DNA of 64,000 nucleotides from the human T2T-CHM13v2.0 reference genome, Homo sapiens. The stretch is from assembly GCF_009914755.1 (NCBI RefSeq), contig NC_060936.1. One strand, given 5' to 3'. Of the stretch, positions 13,301 to 30,707 are shown one piece after another (the stretch's first letter is position 1; the number at the start of each line of letters is the position of its first letter). Made by a program: the position numbers and the translations under genes. The notes below the pieces were generated by a model. That model made no database searches, was not told the origin of the DNA, and worked only from the letters and a program-made list of their open reading frames with translations.

Positions 13301-14507
13301 CACAATCAGAACAAGGCACTCTCTTTCAGAAATAATTAATTTATAGGCTACTGTAGGTTTTTTTATGACTCTAAGAAGCAAAGCAAATCATGACAAGATC
13401 TTTTCCAGGATAAATGGTTAAAGAGTGTATGTGAAGACTCCAGCTTCTTCTTTTCTATGACTTCCCAATTCTTCCCCTTCTGCCTTTTGGTGGCAGGAGA
13501 GTCTGGAGGGAATGTAGTGTCCACATTTTTACCCCAGGGAGATGCAGGAGGGCATTGAGAGCAAGAAGAATGATGCTGAGATTCTGAGAGAAAATGCTTC
13601 ATACCTTCTAAAAAAATAAAGAGTTTTTTATGGTAATCATCAAGACTAACTTAGAGAACCAAGCCAAATGTGGACTTTTTAGGAAACATGAAATGAAATG
13701 AAAGAAGGACAATAAATTAGCTCTTAGCTTCTAAATCAGTTTCATGGTATATAAATTGATATTTTTAGTAGCACCATTAAAATTATAGAACAAAAGCTCC
13801 AGATGTTGAAGTGATATGATGATGATATTTACAAGCAAGATTTACCCAAGATTCAGAAAATAGTGATTAATATAACCTAATCACCAAGGCCCACAGATAA
13901 TAGTGTAGCCATTATATTTAGTTACTTCCCATATTTTCATTTTCAGTATTATGATAACCTCATAATGGATATCTTTGTATATAGACCTTTTTTCTGGATT
14001 CCCAATTATTTTCTTAGAATGATTGCTAGAAGTGCAATGACTGGATTAAAGGGAATGACTTTTTAAAGGCTTGGCATATACTTGCCAAACTGTCATCTAA
14101 ACAGCAATGCCTGCATTTTATCATTAAACAAATTTTTGTAGCATTTTGTCCTTTTAAAAATCTTTGTTAAGCAAAAATACTATTTCACTATTTTTTGTTA
14201 CTATTAATGTAAATATACAGATGTATTTGACAGCTGTTTATAGTTCCATTTCTGTAAAATTCTGTTCATGCCCTTTCTATGTTTCATGTTAAGAACTTTC
14301 TTTAAAATGTTATAATCAATGTATAAAGGAAGATTATAAAACTTTTCCTGCCATATTTGTGTAAATATTTTTCCAGGTTTGTTTTTAAATGTTATTAATG
14401 ATGGATTGGTATGGTTTATTTTTATGCAAAATGATGAATTCTGATTATAAAAGTTCCCAAATATTTAACGTTGAACATAAACAGAAAGTCACAAAATAAT
14501 ACATATA

Positions 14508-14830
14508 AGGTCATGCATCACATAACAAAGTTTCCATCAATGATGTACCACATATAAGATGGTGGTCCCATAAGATTATAATTCTACACTTTTGCTGTAC
14601 CTTTTCTATATTTATGTATGTATATATATATACAAATACTTGCCATTGTATTACAATTGGCTACAGTATTCAGCACAGTAATATGCTTATGCTGTGGAGG
14701 TCTGTATCCTGAGAGCAATAGATTATAAATACACTATGCCTTCTAGGTATAGTCATATGTTCGCACAATGAGGAAGTTGCCTAATGACATTTCTGTGAAG
14801 ACATTCCTGTCATTAAGCAACGCATAACTA
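14508..14830 (+). mobile_element. Tigger3a/Golem-like (MER7) Tc1-mariner MITE
   Basis: Degenerate TIRs gtcatgcatcacataac / cattaagcaacgcataac, TA on both sides, internal ggtggtcccataagattataat. Confidence 0.85.
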
Positions 14831-14896
14831 TAAGCCCATTTATATGAAGTTTAAAATTAGAAAATACATTGATGTTTAAAGGGGTTTGTGTGTTTA

Positions 14897-14897
<1 letters not shown>

Positions 14898-14939
<42 letters not shown>
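14898..14939. repeat. (CA)n microsatellite, ~20 units
   Basis: Direct reading. Confidence 0.97.
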
Positions 14940-14942
<3 letters not shown>

Positions 14943-15112
14943 TTATATATAACATGTGAAACTTCCTCAAAAAATTCAGTCCAGTGTTGCCTCTGTGGAG
15001 TGATGGGGGAATTATCAGGAAGAGGCTTCTGGGGTAGTGCCTGTGTTCTATTTATTTGCCTGGCTGGTGAGTACAAAGGCATTGATGGTATTGTTTTTAA
15101 ATTATGTTTTTA

Positions 15113-15421
15113 GGCCAGACATGGTGGCTCATGCCTATAGTCCCAGCACTTTGGGAGGCCAAGGTGGGTGGATAACTTGAGGCCAGAAGTTTGAGACAAG
15201 CCTGACCAAAGTGGTGAAACCCCATCTCTACTAAAAATATGAAAATTAGCCGGGCATGGTGGCACACACCTGTAATCCCAGCTACTCAGGAGGCTGATGC
15301 AGGAGAATTGCTTGAACCCAGGAGACTGAAGTTGCAGTGAGCCAAGATGGCCACCACATGCTAGCCTGGGCAACAGAGTGAGAGTCCATCTCAAAAATAA
15401 ATGAATAAATAAATAAATAAA
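15113..15421 (+). mobile_element. Alu (AluS-like) with (TAAA)n tail
   Basis: ggccagacatggtggctcatgcc...ccatctcaaaaataaatgaataaataaa. Confidence 0.95.
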
Positions 15422-15527
15422 GTTTTAAAAATTACTAATTTACATAATTTATTTTAAAGTGGCAAAAGTCAAAAGAAGGTTGAAGTAGTTGAGTAAAGGA
15501 TAGTTAGTTTGGCACTTTGGAGGTCTA

Positions 15528-15873
15528 TGTATTAGTTTTCTAGAGCTGTCATGACAGTACACAGACTGGGTGGCTTTGTTCATTTTCTCAATTTTGGGGG
15601 CTAGATCAAGATGTTGGCAGGGTTGGTGTCTTCTAAGGTCCCTCTCCTTGGCTTGTAGATGGCCGTGTCTTCCCATGGCCTTCCCTCAGTGTGTGTGTGT
15701 GCAAGCATGTGTGTTGTACTTTCTTCTTCTTATAAGGACTGATTTGTATTGCTTTAGACCCACTCTAATGACTTTATTGAAAGACCCTATCCCAAATGCA
15801 GTCACTTTCTGAGGTACTAGGGGGTTAGAACTTCGATATATGAACTTGAGAGGGACAAAATTCTGCCCAAACA
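15528..15873 (-). mobile_element. MLT1A/B-like MaLR solo LTR
   Basis: tgtattagttttctagagctg...gcagtcactttctgaggtactagggggttagaacttc...aca. Confidence 0.8.
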
Positions 15874-16860
15874 GAGGTCATTGGTAGGTTCAAGAGAGCA
15901 ACTTTCACAAAATAGTGTGGGTGAAAGTCTTATTTCTCTAAGCAAACCTCATAGAACTCACATTTTAAAGCGAGGAGGCAAAATAAATAATATATAGCAA
16001 TACATAAAGTTTTGTCAGATAGTGATAGTATCTGAAGGTAGCTGAGGAAGGTAAAGAGAGGTGGGAGAGAGCAAGGGCATCTGTTTTCACTAAGAGTGCA
16101 GGGAGGGGCTTATTCTGATAAGGAAATGCTTGAAAAAAAATGGAATAAAGTGAGAGAAAAGTTGAAGAAGTTATCTGGAGAGAAGGAAATGTATTCCCAC
16201 CAGAACAGTACGAAAGCCCTGAACTGGCTGTATGTTTAGATGTTCAAGGAACAGCAAGGAGACCAGTACGGCTGGGGCCAAGCAAGCCATGAGGTGAATC
16301 TGAATCATAGAGTTTTATAGGTCCTGATTAAGGACTTTAGATTTTATCCTAAAGGTGATGAGAAGCCATTGAACCATTTTAAGGTGGGAAGTGACATGAT
16401 CAGATTTATATTTTACAATAGAGCATCTCAACCACTCTTTGGAAGGGAAGTAGAAATCTCATGAATGGTGGTGCAAATCTCTGTGAATCTCTGGAAACAG
16501 GGGGATCAGTTAGGTGATAGTCCAAGCAAGAGATGAAGATAGCTTTGACTAGTGTACTAAGAGTAGAAGTGGGAGGCAGTTATATTAAGGATTTATATGG
16601 AGGAAGACCCAACAGTATTTTCTGATGATTTTATGAGGTATGTGAAATGGATATGGCAGAACTTTAAGGATTTAGACAGACCAGCACAATCATCTCCTGA
16701 AACAACTAGCAGAATTATATATTAAAACAGAATCATCTACTGAAAATACATGAAGAAAAGAAGGAGTACTTCAAATTTTGACAAGCTGAGTTCAATATGC
16801 TAGTTCAATATGCCTATGAGACATCCCAGTGGAGAGAGAGAAAAAGAGAATCATCTAGCA
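15874..16860 (-). mobile_element. L2 fragments
   Basis: gttcaaggaacagcaaggagaccagt; ggactttagattttatcct; gtgacatgatcagattta. Confidence 0.65.
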
Positions 16861-17713
16861 AAACTGAGAAAGCAGCTGAGGTCAGATGACATAAACTTGT
16901 CAGAGAACCAACTGGCATAATTATATAACTTTATTTGCAATGCATACCAGCCTGGATGGAGATGGAGGAAACAGAGATAGCAGATGTTTCTTGGTGTTGC
17001 CCAAAGTTGGCAAATGGCATGGTTAATATAAGTGGAGATCAAGGAAAACAAGGATTTATTACTTCTAGTTAAAGAATAATTAAAATTGCTGAACAGAGTC
17101 AGTATTATATATTATGAATATTAGAATATTTTCAGCTGTTAGTAACAAACTCTCAACTCAACTCTCAACTCAAAATTGCTTAAGAAAGCCCCTGTGGAAT
17201 CAGTGTCTCAAAAATATAACTAAAGAACAATTTTTCCCCATTTCTCCACTTGAGAGGCCTCAGCTTCATTCTAAGGCTTGTTCCCTCTGTGGTTGAAAGA
17301 TTCTGCAGATGTGTTAGGAATCACACAGACCCTATAATGTCCAAGAAAGAAGAGGGTCTGTCTCTTTTGAAGCTTCATCTTCAAAGGAAGCCCAGCTTTT
17401 AACAGAAGCTCCTCAGAAAAACCTTCCCCATAATGTTCAGAAGTGTGTCAAAAGTCTTTCCTTAAACTAGTTAAATATCATTTCTATAATTGCTCAAAGC
17501 GATCAAGATTCATGGCTGGTCTGTGATTGAGAAAACCTTCCTTGATGAGTGAATAATATCTGAACAAAATATGAAGAGTATTAGCAAAGAAGCAGAGAGA
17601 GAAAGATTTTTTGCATGATGTTCAAAGTTAAATAGTGAGGTAAATAAACACAGACATAGGATATACATTTAGAGAAATTAGAGACGAGGAAATTAGGTCA
17701 AAGAGCAGCTTCA

Positions 17714-21415
<3,702 letters not shown>

Positions 21416-23459
21416 AAAAATTCAGAGAAAGAGTAATGGAAATTTACAGAAAGGCTAGGATGTTAGCTTCAAAATGCAGGATTGTTTTGGATTCAAGAAA
21501 CAGAAATTGCTGACAAGATGGATACTGAGATTAAAACAATTTATGATGCTGGGTAAATTGCCAAGGATTATGTCAATAAGTTGAGTTGTAAGAATTCTGG
21601 TGCAAACAAAGTCAGTAAACACAGGTTTATCCTTTAAAAATATATTATTTGGCTCTATCACTGTTAAATAACATTTAAGTAGTCAAGTAGAGAGGAATAT
21701 TTAAGGATTGGTTTACATCATTAATGACATAAAAATTGTAAATGTTTTTGTTTTGTTTTATATTTTAGATTAGTTATTCCACAATTTTGAAATCTATGAG
21801 GCAAATCCTTCACCTCAAATAACTGCATTTGGTGATGTGTTCTAAATTTAGAATGTTATACTGGGAGGGTAGAATCTGGAAAGAATATTGCTGAAGGAAC
21901 TAAAATTGGAATCTAGCATGAGGAGGAACTCCCATATATAGTGAGTGCTTTGGAAAAGGACGTCAGAAATTAAAGAAATTAATCATTTTTGGAGAATGTA
22001 ATTATAGTGAAGAATTTTCGGAGAATGAACCAATAGTCCTAAGGGAGATACCTTTATTCAAAGATGATTTCATTTTTCTGAGTATTGGGTATTAGCAAAA
22101 TTTTAATTTTACTAAAAAGTAATGTGTTTCTCTTACCTGTAAGTATAACACCAAGGTTTGAGAAACTTCGTTGTAAAGTTTCAACCAATTTATGATATAT
22201 GCATGAATAAATTATTCATGAGAAAATGGATAATCTTTTACAATGATTTATATGAAGAATTTTAATTATTGGTAAGCCTAATTTTGTATTTTTCTATGAA
22301 TGTTGATTTACTAATGACATAAAAAGTTACATTAAGATATCTATTCTTTACACTCAAGTGGATTGAAAACATCCTGTTCCTAAGGATGAACTAAGATACA
22401 CCTACCCCCGCCCCAAATCATAGGATATTACTTTACCTTCTCTTCTGAAATAAGAGCAACACAAAAGTTAATTAAAACAATCAGATTATCTTTAATAGAT
22501 ATATGCATCAACCATCAGAACAAGACTTCAAAATTCACTTTCCTTTGAAACATTATAGGCTGTGTTGAAATTTGTAACCCTCTTAGGAAAATATAAAAAC
22601 AATTGTCTGTTCTGAGAAAGGGAGTTGGGTTTTAAATTTTCTCTCCTGAGGTTTGACACTTATTCACTATAACATAAATTTGAAAACCATTTAGAAAGGA
22701 AAGTGACTTTGTGATTTTTAAAAATAAAACCCTTGAAATTTCTCATAAATATTACTGGAAGCCTTTAATGCCATAGTAAGAGGGAATATAAAATGCTTAA
22801 ACTGGAAAGTGATATGTCAACATATTAAAATGGTCCATTCGATACTACATTAGGGACCAGCTTTAGTGATTTATGAAGGAACATTTAGGTCTCAAAGTAA
22901 TTCCCATAGTTGGGTAAGGCTAGAAGCCAGGCCTCTTGGTAGATTCTTCACAGTATGAGAGCAGTGCAAAGGACATTCCAGAGGCAGTTTTTATAGACAC
23001 ATTCTGCAAAATCATCCAGACCAAAACAAAATAAATAATTTAGAACAATTTCAAGAGTATGAGATTATCCAGCCAGTAGTCCTTCTTCTATAACCTTCCA
23101 TTTTAGGGCCTGCATACTTGACTCTCACTTCTTTTTCTTAAAAATGGGCTCAAAAGCAAATAATCAGTCTTGGGTCACATGGCCAGGAGAAGTAAGAAGA
23201 GTGAAGGTTATTGAAGGTTACAGAAAATGCAGGAAGAGTCGAGGGTGTGGCAGAGTACAGAGACTAACTCCTCAAGTCCCTTAGCCCATAGAGATGCCTT
23301 AGAATTCTGATGTGCCTGAAAGTTGTGAATCTTTAGGATATCAACATCCATGTAGATGATTCATCCAATGCCATAGCTTCTTAATTTATCTAACTTTTCT
23401 TTTCTGATGATCTTGTCCTGTGTCCTGCCTCAGCCACCCACTCATGATCACAACCGAAA

Positions 23460-23908
23460 CAGGAATTCACAGATTTCAGTGTGAATTTGAATTTGAGGGA
23501 TTTCTGAAACTTGGATGGTAAAAAATTACATTATAATTTTCATGAATTTCTAACTGAAATTTGGCATTTTAAAATATATGAATTTAGGTCACATATTACT
23601 CTGTCACCAATAACAATCAAACATATTCTCATATATTTCAGCTGTTGAAGTATTACTTCAATAATACATTTCTTAAATCTGCTCCTAGATCCTGTTATTT
23701 AATGTGTTAATAAGCATACTATTTGAATGTGTTAGTAACTTACATTTGGTTTCTTGATACTTTTATAAATGAATTTCAATACAATAGGTTTTTAAAAAAC
23801 TCTATGTATTATATTTTATGCATGTAATAAGAGCATTATTCTCAGTATTTTCAGAAATCCACAGACCACTAAACGGGTCCATGACACCAAAAAGTTTAAG
23901 AACCCCTG
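23460..23908. mobile_element. hAT-Charlie-like DNA transposon remnant inside L2
   Basis: AT-rich block bounded by cagg...aaaagtttaagaacccctg, a typical Charlie terminus. Confidence 0.55.
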
Positions 23909-25939
23909 TAAATCTTAATATTACTAATAACTGCAAATTTTTTTCTTTAATTTTGATTTTAAATACTGTGTTCTCTGACCACTGATTCTTCTTTTTCTAG
24001 TTTATTTCCTTAAATCTCCTCCCAACTCCAGCAGTTCTTCTACTTTCCCCTACCCAGACTACCAGTGATCTTATTGCTTATTTCTTTTTTTTTTTTTTTT
24101 TTTTGTCCTTCATTCATCCTCATGTCCTCAGCTCCTGCCTTGAATGTCAGCTCAGATTCCACGGTTCATATTGAAAACAACTGCCCTATATACCTTGTCC
24201 CTTTCCCTCTTTATGCTTCTCACTTGGCCAAACCCAAACTCATATTAAATATAACTGTTCACATTTTATGTGTCCACATCCAGGCAGAAGGCAGAAGCCA
24301 TATGCCCCTACCAAGATCTCCCCTTTGCATTCCCATCCCCCTTGCATTCCCATCCCCAACATTCACCCTCTCACCAGCACCACATACCTAGAGACTCTGA
24401 GATATAATCTGTTCATGCCCTTCAGCCTTGTTTATGACAGTCACCTACAGAAACCCAGGAGTCTCTGATTAACACGGATCCAGGTGCCCATTTTCTGACA
24501 TCTCTATTCATACTTTACTCTTAAAACCTTCCCACTGTTCCCTCTAAAACTCACCATCAGTTATCAGTAGAGTCTTCTGTAACTTCCATCTACTCACTGA
24601 GTGCTTCCTTCACCTTTTAACTTTATCTGAAGTCTTGCTCTCCCTGATGACATTGCTCCTTCTGCAGTCTATTCAAAAGTGGTGGTTCTCTCTCATACCC
24701 CTTGAAGGCTGCACCTGGTGGAGGGTAGTTGACCTTCCTTTTTGTCACTTCTACAGTATTCTCTTTCTCTCTTGCCTAAAAAGCTCTGCTTGGAATCATA
24801 CCATCACCCTCTCCCACCCATTTCCCCTTCTTGTCCAAGTTTTCTACTAGCCTCTAGGGCCACTCTTACTCATTCCATGGAGACTTTACTTTTCAGATAA
24901 TTTTCATTCTTTCCAAATGACATTGGAGAGAATGCCATTCTCTTTTATACTTCTTTCATAAGTTCTAGTGATACAATGTAGGCATAAATGATTTTTGCAT
25001 TACTCTGTCCTCTCCATTTCTTTCTCTTATTGATGTTCTTCCCACGGTTCTACCCTAGCCCTTTTCATTACTATCTACATAATCTCAAACATCCTATCCT
25101 CTGCCCACTTCCTATCTTTACTCTTACCTCTGGTACTCAGACTCCCAAAAGTTTTTGACCTATCAGGAAGGACAAGCCATTGATCTGACCACTGTCTGTG
25201 TCCCTTACCTTCCTTGTATCCTCACTCTTTCCATATCCAGCTTAAATCCCACAGCCATATAATATAATTATTCCCTTGCATAGACCACCCATTCCACCCA
25301 GAAGTTCCCTTTTGCTACTCTAACTTCACCATACTCACTTGGCTAAAGGAATGGATTAAATTTAACTCACTACTTGCTCCAAGCCTACACTTTCATGGCT
25401 AAAGGTGGCCAGAGAAGAATGCCAACACGAACACTGGTTTCACCTTGAATTCATGACCACAAAACTTCAAGTGGGCCCATAGTGCTGCTGGGCCATTCCA
25501 CTAGATTTTCCTAGCACATCCACTCTTTCTTTCACCTAGAAACCTATTTCACACCTTCTTTTTTTCTTTCCTTTAATTTCTAACACATCTTTACCATCTT
25601 CTCTCTTTAGTCAATGACCTTGCTTCCTATTTCTCTGAGAAATAAAAGCAATCTGAAGCAGTCGACACCTACACATACGCCCATGTGACCTGCCTTTCTT
25701 TCTAAGATCCTGGCTGAATGTTCTATGTTCCTAAGGACACCCCTCCACATGGAAGCCAGATTCTAACACCTCTCGTTAATTCAAGAATATTGCTTCAACT
25801 ACCCTTTCCTTCCTCTTCTACATCATTATATTTCTTTTTTTCTATTTGATTTTTCTCATCACCATACAAGTATTCTGCAATATTGCCCACTTTTAAGGGG
25901 GGAAAATACAAATAAGACAAAACAAAACAGAGCAACAAT

Positions 25940-26057
25940 TGAAAGAAAGAAGAAGGAAAAAAATGAAGGCAGGAAAGAGGGAAGGAAGGAGAGAAAGAGA
26001 AGAAGGAGAGAAAGAGAAGGAAGGAAGGAAGGAACGAAGAAAAACAAAAAAAGAAAA
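25940..26057. repeat. GA-rich polypurine tract
   Basis: gaaagaaagaagaaggaaaa...gaaggaaggaaggaa. Confidence 0.9.
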
Positions 26058-27140
26058 TCTCTTCCAGTAACTAACGCATGTTCTATTATCTTCTTTGGAG
26101 TAAAATTCAACAAATAATTTATCATCTTCACCACCTAATTCCTCTTCCAAAATTCTATCTTAAATTTGTTCCAATCAGATTTTCACCACAACACCCTGTC
26201 AAAACAGCTCTTGTCGAGGTTGCTAATGACCTCCATGTTTCTAATTTAGGAGTAGTCCTCTCCTTACTCAAGCTCTCAGCAGCACTGATGCATATGGCCA
26301 CTTTCTCTTTCTTGGCTTTCTGGGCACCAGTCTGTTTTGATTTTTCTTTTCCCCTTAAGAGCTGCCATTCTCAGTCTCCTTTTCTGGTTTCTGGTAATCA
26401 TTCCAACCTTTGAACTTTAAAGTCTCCCAGGACTCAGTACGTCAGTAATTCTTTTCCTCTTAGCCCTTAGGTAATCTCATGCAGTCTCGAGGCTTTAAGT
26501 GCATGACATGTATTTGTAGAAAACAATCAAATGTCAGTCTTCTCTGATTTATTCAGCTGCCTGATTGCTATCTCCATTCAGACATCTAATTTAAACTCTT
26601 CCCCATCTCCCTTTGTTTGCTTTTTCTGCAGTTTTACCCATCTCAATAAAGTATCTCCAATCTTCTTTGAAGTAATTTTTGGCATCATTTTCTTTAACAC
26701 ACCACATTCATTTCATCAAGAAATCCTGTTGGTTTTACCACTAAAATAAATGTATTGAGAAACATCCACCTCTGCTGCTACCATCATAGGGTCCAGTCAC
26801 TGTGCCTTGTCTCCAGGATTGTTGCACTAACCATCTAATTGTGCTCTTCGCTTGGTGCTTAACACCTACAATTCATTCTTAATATAATGACCACAGTGAT
26901 TATTTTAAAATATGTCAGCTCTTCTCATGTCTCTGCACAAAAACCTTTAATGGCTTCCTATCTGAGAAGGGGACTAGATCATATTCATATTTGTATTTTG
27001 CCTGATCTCTGCCAATCTGGGTCACTGCCATTAACTCCCCAGCTCATGACATATAAACCAGTTTCTGGCAAACATAAGCCTGTTTATTTTATTTCCCAAT
27101 GTCCTGCAAAATTTGATTTAACTAATTAAGATGTCTGTAA

Positions 27141-27436
<296 letters not shown>

Positions 27437-27489
27437 AAGATGTCTATAATATTATTATAAATTTATGTATGTTTTTATTATTTATATGT

Positions 27490-27867
27490 TGCATTAGTCC
27501 ATTCTCATACTGCTATAAAGAACTACCTGAAACTGGGTAATTTATAAAGAAAAGAGGTTTAATTGACTCACAGTTTCACAGGCTGTGCAGGAAGCATGGC
27601 TGGGAAGGCCTCAGGAAACTTATAATCATGGCAGAAGGGTAAAGGGGAAGCAAGCACATTTGCACACAGTGGCAAGAAAGAGAGAAGGGGGAAGTGCTAC
27701 ACACTTTTAAACAACCAGGTCTCATGAGAACTCACTCACTATCACAAGAACAGCAAGGGAGACATTCATCCCCATGATCCAATCACCTTCCACCAGGTCC
27801 CTCCCCCAACACTGGGGATTACAGTTCAATCTGAGACTTGGGTGGGGACACAGCCAAACCATTATCA
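27490..27867 (-). mobile_element. MSTA-like MaLR solo LTR
   Basis: tgcattagtccattctc...gaggcctcaggaaactta-like core...gggacacagccaaaccattatca; 5-bp TSD tatgt/tatgc. Confidence 0.9.
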
Positions 27868-28325
27868 TATGCCTTGATTATTTAACATAGGTATGTTCTC
27901 TTTTTGCATAAATGAGAATAATGGTGTCTACCTTTGATATGAGCCATAAATGAATAAATTAAACCTGTTTTTATATATCTTAAACCTTTGCCACCCAATT
28001 ATAACCGGAAGTATGAGTGGGAAAGACAACACTCTATATCAGCATTTCTCAAACTTTCTTCATTATTGCCTCCCTAGGAAGCCTCGTTACATATTATTTT
28101 TCCAAGTGTTACCACTTATGAAATTTTAATACCAAAAATCTACTGTATAGCTGTTTATGTTATGTGGCCCTTTAGAGATCCAAAACTATTATGAGATTTC
28201 AGATTTTCCCACCCCACAAGAACCAACTTTCACTTAGTTGGAGGCCATGTTGGCCCTATTGAGAATGCATGCTCGGTGGAGATTCTCACTCATTCCACTC
28301 CCTGGAGACACAGTAAATTCTATGA

Positions 28326-28687
<362 letters not shown>

Positions 28688-29127
28688 TGTTTTGTGATCT
28701 TATATAATTAATTTTGTATTGAATTGTACTTTAGTCTTATGCTATTGGCTTAGACTGAGGGCAATTAAAAATAAAGTAGAGAAACAAAACCAAAAAAAAT
28801 ACACAAAATCTACTATTATATTATTCTACAATTGTTGAGGATATATTTCTATAAAACACATACAAAAATGTCCTCTTTTTAAGGAACTGTGAATGAAAGT
28901 TCTCTCAGGTAGGGGTGAACCTATAGAAGTGAGCACCCTGGTCTAGGCCAATAAATAAATATTTAATGTCTAAATAAAATAATTTAATATTAACATTAAA
29001 TTAGTCTTGAAATTCCTGCATACTATGTATTTAATGGAGAAGATGAGATCTTGTAAGAGGAAGAATGCAAGGAGGATCACTTCTGTCTAAACTCTGGAAT
29101 AGTTCATCTCCTAACATCCACCCCACA

Positions 29128-29131
<4 letters not shown>

Positions 29132-29163
<32 letters not shown>
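29132..29163. repeat. (CA)n microsatellite
   Basis: Direct reading. Confidence 0.95.
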
Positions 29164-29165
<2 letters not shown>

Positions 29166-30648
29166 GAAACCTACAGTTAAATAATCCATTCTCTGTGAGC
29201 AGTGTAGATATTACTTATTGGAATGTATTAAATAGCAGACTCACTCTCCACACACACACACTCTAAATAGCTTATCAGCATCTTCCTTCAGTAGAGAACT
29301 GTGGGGGTAGAATACTGTGATAAATATGCTTTCCCAATTTCTTGTATTTCTAGTACTGTGTTGGCATCCAGTACAGTTTATATCCCGGATATCTGCCCAA
29401 CTAGACTGTTCCATAAACTTTGTCTCTGGTCTTAAGACCAGAAGTAGATAAGCTCTTCCTGAGACATTACTTGTTTTTATCTTTTGGATAAAGACATTGG
29501 AAACTCAATGGCTGATGTATTTCCGTGTTTGCACTGCATGGCCAAAGCTCAGAGCCAAATCTGCTACATGCCTATAGCAAAATATATAAAGTATTGTATA
29601 TTTTACTTTAAAATGTCTGAATATATATGCAGTGGCTTTAAAAAGTGCCTGGAACAACACAGACACAATAAATATTAGCAATATTTGTACTAGCTTTAGT
29701 TGATGTTGCTGCTATTTTGGTATTACCTCTTATTTTGTATCATGTTTCCTAACTTTATCTTTTTTCCTCTCAATTTTCTTATTTGTTTTCTTTATCATAC
29801 TTTATCTATCTTTGTAAACTATCAGAAAGCCTTTTTAGAATGAAGTAGCCTATAACTTATAAGTAAATATTTATATTTTATCCCCCAAAGAACCTGGCAA
29901 ACCATTTTGACTCAGTGTTTGTTTTTTCAATTTAACTAGCAAAAAAAGTTCTCTAGATAAATACTGTTGGATTACAATATCTGGAAGACTTCAATAGTAA
30001 ATGTCTTAAGAACATTTATTTATCCTCAAGAACTACAAAACATGAATCGGATTTCCAGTATATGCTTTATAATTAAATTTAAGCCAAAAAGAATTCTTGA
30101 AATATTATTTAAAGTTATAAAGAATGCATCTAAAATGTGAGAGCCAATAAAATCTAAAGAGAAAATTCTTAAAATAAAATGGACACAAGAAGAAAAATGA
30201 ATTAAAAAGCACTTACATATTTAGTAAAATAAATGTGCTTAGAAAATAGAGAACTGGCATGTGTGATCCTAAGACTACATAGATATTATAATCCAAGCAG
30301 AAGTCTAAAATATAAAGCAAACCAATTTGATAGAGAAATATTTGAAGTAGAAAAAATAATGATGCCATCACATTTGAAAAATATAGTCTTCATAATTCTT
30401 ACATTCTTTCAAGTATCCCAAGTGCTTTCGTGACATTATATAGTCTGAGTTTATTTTTAGAAAGCCTTGGTTTTTATAAATAAAAAGACATTCTTTCTTT
30501 TTATAGAGTCACTATGAATGGCTGACTAAACTTCTAAACATATAAATACACTGCCATGGATATATGATACCCAAAATGAATTTGATGTAGAGGAAAAAGT
30601 AGTTCACAGACAAAATTTATTTAGATTTTGTCTCTTTCATGTTTTCAC

Positions 30649-30651
<3 letters not shown>

Positions 30652-30705
<54 letters not shown>
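30652..30705. repeat. Perfect (AT)27 microsatellite
   Basis: Direct reading. Confidence 0.97.

Positions 30706-30707
<2 letters not shown>

Larger units (their letters stand above)
23280..26965 (+). mobile_element. Long degraded L2 cluster
   Basis: Pyrimidine-rich; ORF 26078-26413 keeps KTALVEVANDL...VLSLLKLSAA, resembling the L2 RT motif TETAL.KV.NDL...LLDLSAAFD. Confidence 0.7.
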
